Shown here one piece after another: positions 16,711 to 24,198 of a stretch of DNA of 64,000 nt. The position numbers and the translations under genes were made by a program. The notes beneath the pieces were generated by a model. The model was not told the origin of the DNA. It saw only the letters and a program-made list of their open reading frames with translations, and searched no databases. The DNA comes from an uncultured Actinomycetes bacterium (lineage in GTDB: Bacteria > Actinomycetota > Thermoleophilia > Solirubrobacterales > Solirubrobacteraceae): positions 564,373-628,372 of the forward strand of contig CAVZYU010000005.1 in the NCBI GenBank assembly GCA_963779625.1, in the 5' to 3' direction. Numbering within the stretch: the first letter of the stretch is position 1; every line of letters starts with the position of its first letter.

Positions 16711-16977
16711 CCCGGCACGGGTTCTCAGGAAGCCCTCAGGCTCCTCTGGGTCATCTCCGAGGTCGCGCGCCGATGGCACGTGCAAGGGCCACTCCGGCGC
16801 GAGCGGCACGGCCGCAGGCACCGACCCGAGGGACGCGGCTGCAGCCGCGGCGTAGGCCCGAGCCTCCCGAGCCGATTCTCAGCAAACGCTGGGGGAGGGC
16901 TCGAGAGGCGCTCACGGGCGGCCCGCAACATGATCGTCAGCAGGTCAATCCCTCCCTCCGACGCACAGGATCACACC

Positions 16978-17385
16978 ATGCCCGCACTGCGCAACAAGCT
17001 CACCGCCATCGCCGCGATCGGCGCCGCCGCCCTCGGCGGCTCGGTCGTCGCGAATGCCGCGACCTCGACCACGAGCTCCTCCTCGTCGGCCTCGGGTTCT
17101 GCGGCCCAGACCCAGCAGGCTCCGCCCGCCCAGCGCGATCCCTCGCTCGGGGGCCACATGAACGGCGGGGAGACCGAGAAGCTCCTGACCGGGGACACGG
17201 CGGCGAAGGTCAAGGCCGCCGCGGAGGCCAAGGTCAGCGGCGGCACGGTGCTGCGCGTCGAGAACGACGCCGACAGCACCTCGCCCTACGAGGCGCACGT
17301 CCGCAAGGCCGACGGCTCCGAGGTCGTCGTGCTCGTGAACGCGAGCTTCGACGTCACGAGCGTCGACGCGATGGGTCACCCGTAG
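16978..17385 (+). CDS. Secreted single-PepSY-domain protein, paralog of 14465..15088
   Basis: Signal peptide plus LTGDTAAKVKAAAEAKVSGGTVLRVENDADSTSPYEAHVRKADGSEVVVLVNASF. The internal ATG is in frame with track ORF 16780..17385. Confidence 0.8.
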   Translation: MPALRNKLTAIAAIGAAALGGSVVANAATSTTSSSSSASGSAAQTQQAPPAQRDPSLGGHMNGGETEKLLTGDTAAKVKAAAEAKVSGGTVLRVENDADSTSPYEAHVRKADGSEVVVLVNASFDVTSVDAMGHP

Positions 17386-17420
17386 GCCGGGCGCTCCCAC
17401 ACACCGCATCCGCGGCAACA

Positions 17421-17446
17421 GGCGCCCCGCTCTCCCGCGGGGCGCC
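17421..17446. repeat. GC hairpin, copy 1 (GGCGCCCCGC-tctccc-GCGGGGCGCC)
   Basis: 10-bp stem with a 6-nt loop, 36 nt after the PepSY paralog stop. The context caGGCGCC.CGCTCTCCCGCGGGGCGCCGG recurs 63 nt later. Confidence 0.7.
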
Positions 17447-17483
17447 GGCCGACGTGCGCGCTCATGGCATCCCCGCCAGACCA

Positions 17484-17509
17484 GGCGCCACGCTCTCCCG
17501 CGGGGCGCC
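17484..17509. repeat. GC hairpin, copy 2 (one stem mismatch)
   Basis: GGCGCCACGCTCTCCCGCGGGGCGCC, with the same flanks as copy 1. Confidence 0.7.
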
Positions 17510-17569
17510 GGTCGTCGTGCGAGCGCTTCGGGCATCGATGAGGAGACGGGGCGCCCGCGGCGGGGGCGA

Positions 17570-17639
17570 GGCGCACGCGGATCGTGCCACCGTCCCATCC
17601 TGCTGTCGTCCTGCGACAGCTATGTGGGATGGTGCGGTC
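17570..17639. repeat. 70-nt structured intergenic element, copy 1
   Basis: ggcgcacgcggatcgTgccaccgtcccatcctgctgtcgtcctgcgacagctatgtgggatggtgcggtc. Folds as CCG/CGG, CCATCCT/GGGATGG and GCTGTCG-tcctg-CGACAGC. Confidence 0.8.
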
Positions 17640-17701
17640 GGGGGCTCCGCCGCGCCGGGGCGCCGGGGACGCACCGCGGCGGACCGGCGCGGCCGGCGAG
17701 A

Positions 17702-17771
17702 GGCGCACGCGGATCGCGCCACCGTCCCATCCTGCTGTCGTCCTGCGACAGCTATGTGGGATGGTGCGGTC
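17702..17771. repeat. 70-nt structured intergenic element, copy 2 (69/70 identical to copy 1)
   Basis: Same sequence with C instead of T at position 16. Direct orientation, 132-bp period. Confidence 0.8.
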
Positions 17772-17833
17772 CAAAGCGCGGGCGCATCGGGGCGCCGGCC
17801 CGCACCGGGGGCGCCCGGTGCGCGACCGACCCG

Positions 17834-18316
17834 TTACATCATCGCGACCGCTGACGCCGGCGCCGCCACCACCGACGCCGGCGCGGCGTACTGCGGCGGC
17901 GCCGTGCCCTCCGAATCCAGCAGCCGGGGCGAACGGCGCTCGTTGTCGGCCTCGAGCCCGCGGACGGTCAGCTGCACCCGCCACTCGCGCGCGAAGTCGA
18001 ACACGTAGGAGAGCGGCTGGCCGTCGCTCAGCCCCAGGCCGCCGAGGCGCGCGCATGCGCTGCGCCCCAGGGCACCCGAGGTCGTCGCGTGCGACGGGTG
18101 GACGTAGTGGTGGACGTCGGGCGCCCAGAAGCCACCGCCGAGCCAGAAGGCATACAGGTGGTCGTCGTCCCAGCCGAACGCCGACTGCAGCGCGTAGTGC
18201 AGGTCCACGAGCGTCAGGTCGTCGCGCATGCCGATCGCGCGCCGGATGCCGTCGTAACCGACGAGCTGCGCGTCGAACACGTACATCTGCTGGCCCATCT
18301 CGCTCCTCTCGCCCAA
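17834..18316 (-). CDS. pRiA4b ORF-3-like (PRiA4_ORF3 / IS1096 passenger TnpR-type) family protein
   Basis: DLTLVDLHYALQSAFGWDDDHLYAFW is characteristic of this family. The true start may be one of the downstream Met codons (MGQQMYVF). Confidence 0.65.
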   Translation of the reverse strand: MGERSEMGQQMYVFDAQLVGYDGIRRAIGMRDDLTLVDLHYALQSAFGWDDDHLYAFWLGGGFWAPDVHHYVHPSHATTSGALGRSACARLGGLGLSDGQPLSYVFDFAREWRVQLTVRGLEADNERRSPRLLDSEGTAPPQYAAPASVVAAPASAVAMM

Positions 18317-18377
18317 GGTGCAAAGCGCGACGGTACGGCCTGCGCCCGACGGAAGCCCCCGGTACCCTCGTCAGCCG

Positions 18378-19862
18378 GTGACCACGACGGCCCAGATCAC
18401 CCCCGCCGAGCCCGCGCACCTGGGGACCGCGCTCCTCGCGCGCCTGCGCGGGATCTGCGGTGACCCGCACGTCCTCACGGACGGCACGCAGCTGCGCACC
18501 TACGAGTCCGACGGCCTGCTGCAGTACCGCGCGCGCCCGGCCGCCGTCGTCCTGCCGGGCACCGCGACCGAGGTCCGCGACGTCGTCAAGGCCTGCTCGG
18601 ACGCCGGCGTGCCGTGGGTCGCGCGCGGGGCCGGCTCGGGCCTCTCGGGCGGCGCGCTGCCGGTGAAGGAGGGCGTGCTCATCGCCGTCACGCGGATGCG
18701 CCGCGTGCTCGAGGTCGACCTGCCCAACGGCCGCATCGTCGTCGAGCCCGGCGTGACGAACACCGAGGTGAGCGCCGCGGTCGGCCCCACGCACTTCTAT
18801 CCGCCCGACCCGTCGTCGCAGATCGTCTGCTCGATCGGCGGCAACGTCGCCGAGAACTCCGGCGGCGCGCACTGCTTCAAGTACGGCTTCACGACGAACT
18901 ACGTCACGGGACTGGAGGTCGTGCTCGCCGACGGGGAGGTCGTGACGCTCGGCGGCAAGGAGGTCGACCACCCCGGCTACGACCTGCTCGGCGCATTCGT
19001 CGGCTCGGAGGGCACGCTCGGGATCTGCACGGCGATCACGCTGCGCGTCGTGCCGGTGCCGGAGGCGATCAAGACGATGGTCGCCTTCTTCGACACGCCG
19101 AGCCAGGCCGGCGAGGCGGTGTCGGAGATCGTCTCGGCGGGCGTCGTTCCCGGGGCGATCGAGATGATGGACCAGCTCACGATCCAGGCCGCCGAGCAGG
19201 CGGTCCACGCCGGCTTCCCGACCGACGTCGGCGCCGCGCTGATCGTCGAGCTCGACGGCTCGCGCCACGAGTGCGACGCCCGCTTCGACGACGTCGTCGC
19301 CGTCTGCGAGCGCAACGGCGCGACCGGTATCCGGATCGCCCGCGACGACGCCGACCGCGCGGCGATCTGGCGCACGCGCAAGGCGGCGTTCGCGGCGATG
19401 GGCCGGATCGCCCCCAACTACTACGTCCAGGACGGCGTCATCCCGCGCACGAAGCTGCCCGAGGTGCTCGCCCGGATCGCCGAGCTCGCCGAGGAGTACG
19501 GCATGCGCGTCGGCAACGTCTTCCACGCCGGCGACGGCAACCTGCACCCGCTCGTCTGCTACGACGGCGAGGAGCAGGCCGAGCGCGCCGAGGAGCTCTC
19601 CGGCCGCATCCTCGAGGCCTGCGTCGCCGCCGGCGGCTCGATCACCGGCGAGCACGGCGTCGGCGTCGACAAGAAGCGCCACATGCCGAGCATGTTCTCC
19701 GAGCCCGACCTCGCCGCCTTCCAGCACCTGCGCTGCGCCTTCGATCCACGCGGCCTCGCGAACCCGGGCAAGGTCATGCCGACGCCCCGCCTGTGCGGCG
19801 AGGTCCCGGGCCCCTACCGCCGTCACCCGCTGGAGGTCGACGGCATCGCGGAGCGGTTCTGA
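18378..19862 (+). CDS. glcD: Glycolate oxidase subunit GlcD (FAD-linked oxidase)
   Basis: FAD-binding PCMH domain (PWVARGAGSGLSGGALP) and C-terminal GSITGEHGVGVDK. I prefer GTG at 18378 because the track start at 18318 abuts the divergent gene. Confidence 0.85.
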   Translation: MTTTAQITPAEPAHLGTALLARLRGICGDPHVLTDGTQLRTYESDGLLQYRARPAAVVLPGTATEVRDVVKACSDAGVPWVARGAGSGLSGGALPVKEGVLIAVTRMRRVLEVDLPNGRIVVEPGVTNTEVSAAVGPTHFYPPDPSSQIVCSIGGNVAENSGGAHCFKYGFTTNYVTGLEVVLADGEVVTLGGKEVDHPGYDLLGAFVGSEGTLGICTAITLRVVPVPEAIKTMVAFFDTPSQAGEAVSEIVSAGVVPGAIEMMDQLTIQAAEQAVHAGFPTDVGAALIVELDGSRHECDARFDDVVAVCERNGATGIRIARDDADRAAIWRTRKAAFAAMGRIAPNYYVQDGVIPRTKLPEVLARIAELAEEYGMRVGNVFHAGDGNLHPLVCYDGEEQAERAEELSGRILEACVAAGGSITGEHGVGVDKKRHMPSMFSEPDLAAFQHLRCAFDPRGLANPGKVMPTPRLCGEVPGPYRRHPLEVDGIAERF

Positions 19863-19865
19863 GAC

Positions 19866-21038
19866 GTGGGCACCGAGACGCTGAGAACCGAGACGCCGGC
19901 AAGCGCCGACGATGCCGCCGAGCTCCTGCGCGCCTGCGCCGGCGACGGCGTGGCGGTGCGCATCGCCGGCGCCGGCACGAAGGCCTGGGGGCACCCGGGC
20001 GCGGACGTCGCGGTGCGCCTGCGAACGAGCGCGCTGGACGCGATCGTCGAGCACAACGTCGGCGACCTCACCGCCGTGCTGCAGGCCGGCGTCCCGCTGC
20101 GCGCGCTCGACGAGGCGCTCGCCGCCGAGCACCAGATGCTCGCGCTCGACCCGCCGCTGGGCGCGGGCGCGGGCGCGGGCGCGACCGTCGGCGGCGCGAT
20201 CGCGGCCGGCGACTCCGGCCCGCTGCGCCACCGCTACGGCGCCGCCCGCGACCTCGTGCTCGGCGTGACCGTGGCCCTGTCGGACGGCTCGGTCGCACAG
20301 GCCGGCAGCAAGGTCATCAAGAACGTCGCGGGCTACGACCTGGCCAAGCTCTTCAGCGGCTCCTTCGGGACGCTCGGGCTCATCACGCAGGTCGCCGTGC
20401 GGCTGCACCCGCGCCCGCCCGGTGACGCGACGGCGACCGGCTGCACCGACGACCCGGCGCGGCTGCAGGCGGCCGCGATCGCGCTCGCCGGCAGCTCGCT
20501 GGAGGCGCAGGCGCTCGACGTGCGCTGGGAGGCGGGCGAGGGGACCGTGCTCGCGCGCTTCGCCGGCATCGCCGCCGGCGAGCAGGCCGCCGCCGCCGGC
20601 GAGCTGCTGGCGGCCGCCGGCCTGCAGGCGCGCACGGAGGGTGACGACGAATCTCTGTGGGCCGCCCAGCGCGCGGGGCAGCGCAGCGCCGACGGCGCCG
20701 TCATCCGCGTCTCCGGCCGCCCGACGCAGCTCGCCGAGGCGTGCCGCGCCGCCGCCGGCAACCCCGGCGCGACGCTCGTCGGTCGCGCCGCGCTCGGCGT
20801 GTCCTGGATCGCCCTGCCGGCCGCCGCCCCCGGCGAGCTCGTGCAGGCGATCGCGGATGTGCGCGAGCTCCTGCACCCGTCGCCCTGCGTCCTGCTCGAC
20901 GCGCCCAGGTCCGTTCGCGCGCACCTGGACCCCTGGGATCAGGCCGAGACCACGGCGCTCGTGCTCATGCGCCGCGTCAAGCAGCGCTTCGACCCGACCG
21001 CGACCTGCAACCCCGGCATCTTCGCCGGAGGGATCTAG
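19866..21038 (+). CDS. glcE: Glycolate oxidase FAD-binding subunit GlcE
   Basis: GAGTKAWGHPG and TVGGAIAAGDSGPLRHRYGAARDLVLGV...KVIKNVAGYDLAKLFSGSFGTLG, positioned between glcD and glcF. Confidence 0.85.
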   Translation: MGTETLRTETPASADDAAELLRACAGDGVAVRIAGAGTKAWGHPGADVAVRLRTSALDAIVEHNVGDLTAVLQAGVPLRALDEALAAEHQMLALDPPLGAGAGAGATVGGAIAAGDSGPLRHRYGAARDLVLGVTVALSDGSVAQAGSKVIKNVAGYDLAKLFSGSFGTLGLITQVAVRLHPRPPGDATATGCTDDPARLQAAAIALAGSSLEAQALDVRWEAGEGTVLARFAGIAAGEQAAAAGELLAAAGLQARTEGDDESLWAAQRAGQRSADGAVIRVSGRPTQLAEACRAAAGNPGATLVGRAALGVSWIALPAAAPGELVQAIADVRELLHPSPCVLLDAPRSVRAHLDPWDQAETTALVLMRRVKQRFDPTATCNPGIFAGGI

Positions 21039-21049
21039 GTGGGCCACCG

Positions 21050-22396
21050 ATGACCAGCACGCCGATCGACCGTGCCTTCGACGACCACAAGCCGCCCGAG
21101 AGGGACCTCATCGAGGACTGCGTGCACTGCGGCTTCTGCCTGCCGACATGCCCGACCTACGTGCTGTGGAACGAGGAGATGGACTCCCCGCGCGGGCGCA
21201 TCGTGCTCATGGGCGAGGGGCTGCAGCCCGGCAGCGAGCTGACGCCCGCGATGGCCGGCCACTTCGACAACTGCCTGGGCTGCATGGCGTGCGTCACGGC
21301 CTGCCCCTCCGGCGTGCGCTACGACCTGCTCATCGAGGACACGCGCCAGCAGGTCGAGCGCCTGCACCCCCGCACCCCCGGCGAGCGGCTGCTGCGGCGC
21401 GTCCTGTTCGCGACGTTCCCGCACCCCGGGCGCCTGCGCGCGACGGTCCCGCTGATCGTCGCCTACCGCCGCTCGGGCCTCGCCGCCCGCCTGCAGCGAT
21501 CGCGGCTGCTGGACCGCATCCCGATCGCCAGGACCCTGTCGGAGCTCGCGCCGCCGGTCGCGCTGCGCGACACCGTCCGGCGCCTGCCGGCGGTGACGAA
21601 GGCGCGCGGCGAGAAGCGCGGGACCGTCGGCTTCCTGCAGGGCTGCGTCCAGCGCGCGTACTTCGGCGACGTCAACGCCGCGACGGTCGCCGTGCTCGCG
21701 GCCGAGGGCTATGAGGTCCACGCGCCGCGGTCGCCGCGCTGCTGCGGCGCGCTGGGCCTGCATGCCGGTCAGGAGGAGGACTCGCTGCCGCTCGCAAAGG
21801 CGACGATCGAGGCCTTCGAGCGCTTCGACCACGTCGTCGTGAACGCCGCCGGCTGCGGCTCGGCGATCAAGGACTACGGCCACCTCCTGCGCGACGACCC
21901 GGCCTGGCGCGAGCGGGCCGAGCGCATCGCCGGCCGCGCGCGCGACGTCCACGAGCTCCTCGGCGCCGTCGAGCCGCGCGCGCCGCGCGGGCGCGTCGAG
22001 CTGAAGGTCGCCTACCACGACGCCTGCCATCTCGCCCACGCGCAGGGCGTGCGCTCGCAGCCGCGCGAGCTCCTGCGCTCGATTCCCGGCATCGAGCTCG
22101 TCGAACCCGCCGAGTGGGAGATCTGCTGCGGCTCGGCCGGCATCTACAACCTCACGCGCCCCGAGGCCGCCGCCGAGCTCGGCGCGCGCAAGGCCGACAA
22201 CCTGCTCGCCACCGGTGCCGAGGCGATCGCCGCAGCCAACCCCGGCTGCACGCTGCAGATCACTGCGCACCTGGAGCGCAAGGGCCGGCCGCTGGAGCTC
22301 GTGCACCCGATGCAGCTGCTCGCCCGGTCGATCGCGGCGGCGGACGCCGGGCGCCGTCCACGGCCGTGGATGCGCCTGCGCCGGCGCCGGCGGTGA
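21050..22396 (+). CDS. glcF: Glycolate oxidase iron-sulfur subunit GlcF
   Basis: CVHCGFCLPTCPTY and CLGCMACVTACPSG ferredoxin motifs plus two CCG-type Cys-rich domains (PRCCGALG, EICCGSAG). Confidence 0.88.
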   Translation: MTSTPIDRAFDDHKPPERDLIEDCVHCGFCLPTCPTYVLWNEEMDSPRGRIVLMGEGLQPGSELTPAMAGHFDNCLGCMACVTACPSGVRYDLLIEDTRQQVERLHPRTPGERLLRRVLFATFPHPGRLRATVPLIVAYRRSGLAARLQRSRLLDRIPIARTLSELAPPVALRDTVRRLPAVTKARGEKRGTVGFLQGCVQRAYFGDVNAATVAVLAAEGYEVHAPRSPRCCGALGLHAGQEEDSLPLAKATIEAFERFDHVVVNAAGCGSAIKDYGHLLRDDPAWRERAERIAGRARDVHELLGAVEPRAPRGRVELKVAYHDACHLAHAQGVRSQPRELLRSIPGIELVEPAEWEICCGSAGIYNLTRPEAAAELGARKADNLLATGAEAIAAANPGCTLQITAHLERKGRPLELVHPMQLLARSIAAADAGRRPRPWMRLRRRRR

Positions 22397-22791
22397 CGGC
22401 CTTCCTCAAGGCCCACGGGACCGGCGACGAGCCGCTTGCAGATCACTGGCTGGCCGCGGGCAGCTCGCTCGTCGAGCGCGGCCGCACGGGCTTTCCGCGC
22501 CGCCCGCGGATGCGATCGGGCGATCGGCTCGTGCTCTACGCATCGGGCTGGCGCTGCATCTTCGGCGTCGCCGAGGTGACGAGCGAGCCGACGACGGAGG
22601 CGCCGGTCTCCGAGCGCTGGCCCTGGACGGTCGCCGTCGAGCTGCTGCTCGTCGTGCCGGTGCTCTCCAACGCGCCGCCCGTGCAGGCCATCGGCGTCGC
22701 GCCGCGCTCGATGAGCCAGCAGAGCCACATCCGCCTGGAGGAGCGCCACCTCGAGCTCGCGCTCGAGGCGCTGGCGGCGGTCGGGCACTAG
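22393..22791 (+). CDS. Hypothetical protein, possible PUA-like/EVE-fold (132 aa)
   Basis: The GTG start overlaps the glcF TGA stop (GTGA). MRSGDRLVLYASGWRCIFGVAEVTSEP...RWPWTVAVELL resembles the EVE/ASCH core strands. The family assignment is tentative. Confidence 0.5.
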   Translation: MTAFLKAHGTGDEPLADHWLAAGSSLVERGRTGFPRRPRMRSGDRLVLYASGWRCIFGVAEVTSEPTTEAPVSERWPWTVAVELLLVVPVLSNAPPVQAIGVAPRSMSQQSHIRLEERHLELALEALAAVGH

Positions 22792-22809
22792 TGCCATCCT
22801 GCGCAGGCC

Positions 22810-23310
22810 ATGGCCGATCTCGAGCTCAGGCGCACGCCGCAGGACCGCCGCCTCTATGAGATCGAGGGCGTCGGAACCCTGCGCCTCGAGGGCTTCGGCG
22901 CGCGGCGCGCGACGGCGCAGGCGGGTGAGGGCGGCTGGGAGATCGCGCGCCGCGGGTTCCTGCGCGGAACGGTCGAGGCGACCGACGCCGCGGGCGTGGC
23001 CGAGGGCAGCTTCGAGGGGCGCGCCCTGCGCCGCGGCGGGACGCTGCGCTGGCGCGACCGCGAGCTCACCCTGCGCCCGGCGAGCATGTGGCGCGAGCGT
23101 TATGCGCTGGCCGACGGCGATCGCGAGCTCGCGGTCCTGGACGGCAGGAGCTGGGGCAAGCGGCCGGTGAGGATCACGATCGACGATCCGGCTGGGATCG
23201 AGCCGGGACTGCTGCTCTTCGCCGCGTTCGTCGTGCGCGGCCTCGCCGAGGACGGCGGCGCGGCATCCGGTGCGGCCGCGGGCGCGGTCGCAGCCACCGG
23301 CGCCGGCTAG
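22810..23310 (+). CDS. Hypothetical protein (166 aa) with C-terminal hydrophobic segment
   Basis: Clean ORF starting at ATG. No recognisable motif. Confidence 0.5.
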   Translation: MADLELRRTPQDRRLYEIEGVGTLRLEGFGARRATAQAGEGGWEIARRGFLRGTVEATDAAGVAEGSFEGRALRRGGTLRWRDRELTLRPASMWRERYALADGDRELAVLDGRSWGKRPVRITIDDPAGIEPGLLLFAAFVVRGLAEDGGAASGAAAGAVAATGAG

Positions 23311-23340
23311 GGGCGGGCGTCCGCGCCGGGCGCGCGACCG

Positions 23341-24141
23341 TCAGCAGCCGCTGACGCGGCCGCGATCCCAGGCGCGGTCGCGGGTGAAGCCGGTGATGCC
23401 GGTCGCTCCGAAGGTGGGGGCGTACCCCCGCGTGTTGCGCGCCGAGGTCACGCGAAACGGCTGGCCGTTGTCGTCGACGGTGACCGTCTGCGGCGGGCCG
23501 CCGTCGCGGCTGACGGCCAGCTGCGCGTTCCACGCGACGCGGTGGCGGCGCGTGACCGCCTGCAGCTCGAGCACCGTCGGCCGCGTCTGATCCAGCGCAA
23601 GCGACAGCTTCCGCGAGGAGGCGCCTGCCGGGCTGACGTAGCGCACCGTCCGCCGGCGGCCGTCCAGGCTGATGCGCGCGACGCGGACCCGCGGGAAGTC
23701 GCAGGCGGGCTGGGCCGTGAACCAGCCCTCGAGCGGGCGCGCATCGCTCACGACGTCGGCGCCGACGCCCTCGACCGTCACCGCGTCGTCGGTCGTCGAG
23801 CGCACCTCGAGGCGGACGATCTGCGGGCTGCCGGCCTGGCCGCCCTTGGAGAGCGCGGCCTCGGGCCGGGTGACGAAGCGGTTGGTCGCGGCCTTCGAGA
23901 GCCGCGCCGGGCTCCCGAGGCGCTTGCTCGGGACGACGTAGTAGGGCGCGAAGGCGTGCGAGGCCTGGAAGGAGCCCGGCGCGAGCACGCGGACGATCAC
24001 AGGCGGCGGACCGGCGACCTCGGCGGTGTCGTCGCCGGAGCCCTTCAGCTCGTAGCCGACGAGCAGCACCACGAGCGCCGCGACCACCACCGCAGCGACC
24101 CTTGCCCCGCGCCTGCCGACCTTCTTGAGCTTGCCCCGCAT
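23341..24141 (-). CDS. Membrane-anchored hypothetical protein (N-terminal TM, extracytoplasmic beta-rich domain)
   Basis: MRGKLKKVGRRGARVAAVVVAALVVLLVGY anchor. The gene lies 58 bp downstream of the histidine kinase on the same strand. Confidence 0.55.
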   Translation of the reverse strand: MRGKLKKVGRRGARVAAVVVAALVVLLVGYELKGSGDDTAEVAGPPPVIVRVLAPGSFQASHAFAPYYVVPSKRLGSPARLSKAATNRFVTRPEAALSKGGQAGSPQIVRLEVRSTTDDAVTVEGVGADVVSDARPLEGWFTAQPACDFPRVRVARISLDGRRRTVRYVSPAGASSRKLSLALDQTRPTVLELQAVTRRHRVAWNAQLAVSRDGGPPQTVTVDDNGQPFRVTSARNTRGYAPTFGATGITGFTRDRAWDRGRVSGC

Positions 24142-24198
24142 CGTCACCACCCCCCGAGCGCGGCAGACTAGTGGCACGCGCCGCGGCGTGCGGAGGGC

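Noticed and set aside
17400-17830. Possible CRISPR array suggested by the repeated elements
   Set aside because: There are only two copies of each repeat. The units (26 and 70 nt) and spacings (63 and 132 bp) do not fit a repeat-spacer array, and no cas genes are present in the window.
15540-18008. 822-aa plus-strand ORF
   Set aside because: It is out of frame over the TrxR-like and PepSY genes and continues through non-coding repeats. The translation is Arg-rich nonsense.
17376-21047. 1,223-aa ORF on the minus strand
   Set aside because: It runs antisense to glcD and glcE, which have clear FAD-oxidase motifs. Its translation is Arg/Ala/Gly/Pro-rich with no motifs. This is a typical high-GC shadow ORF. 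It also runs through the non-coding repeat block.
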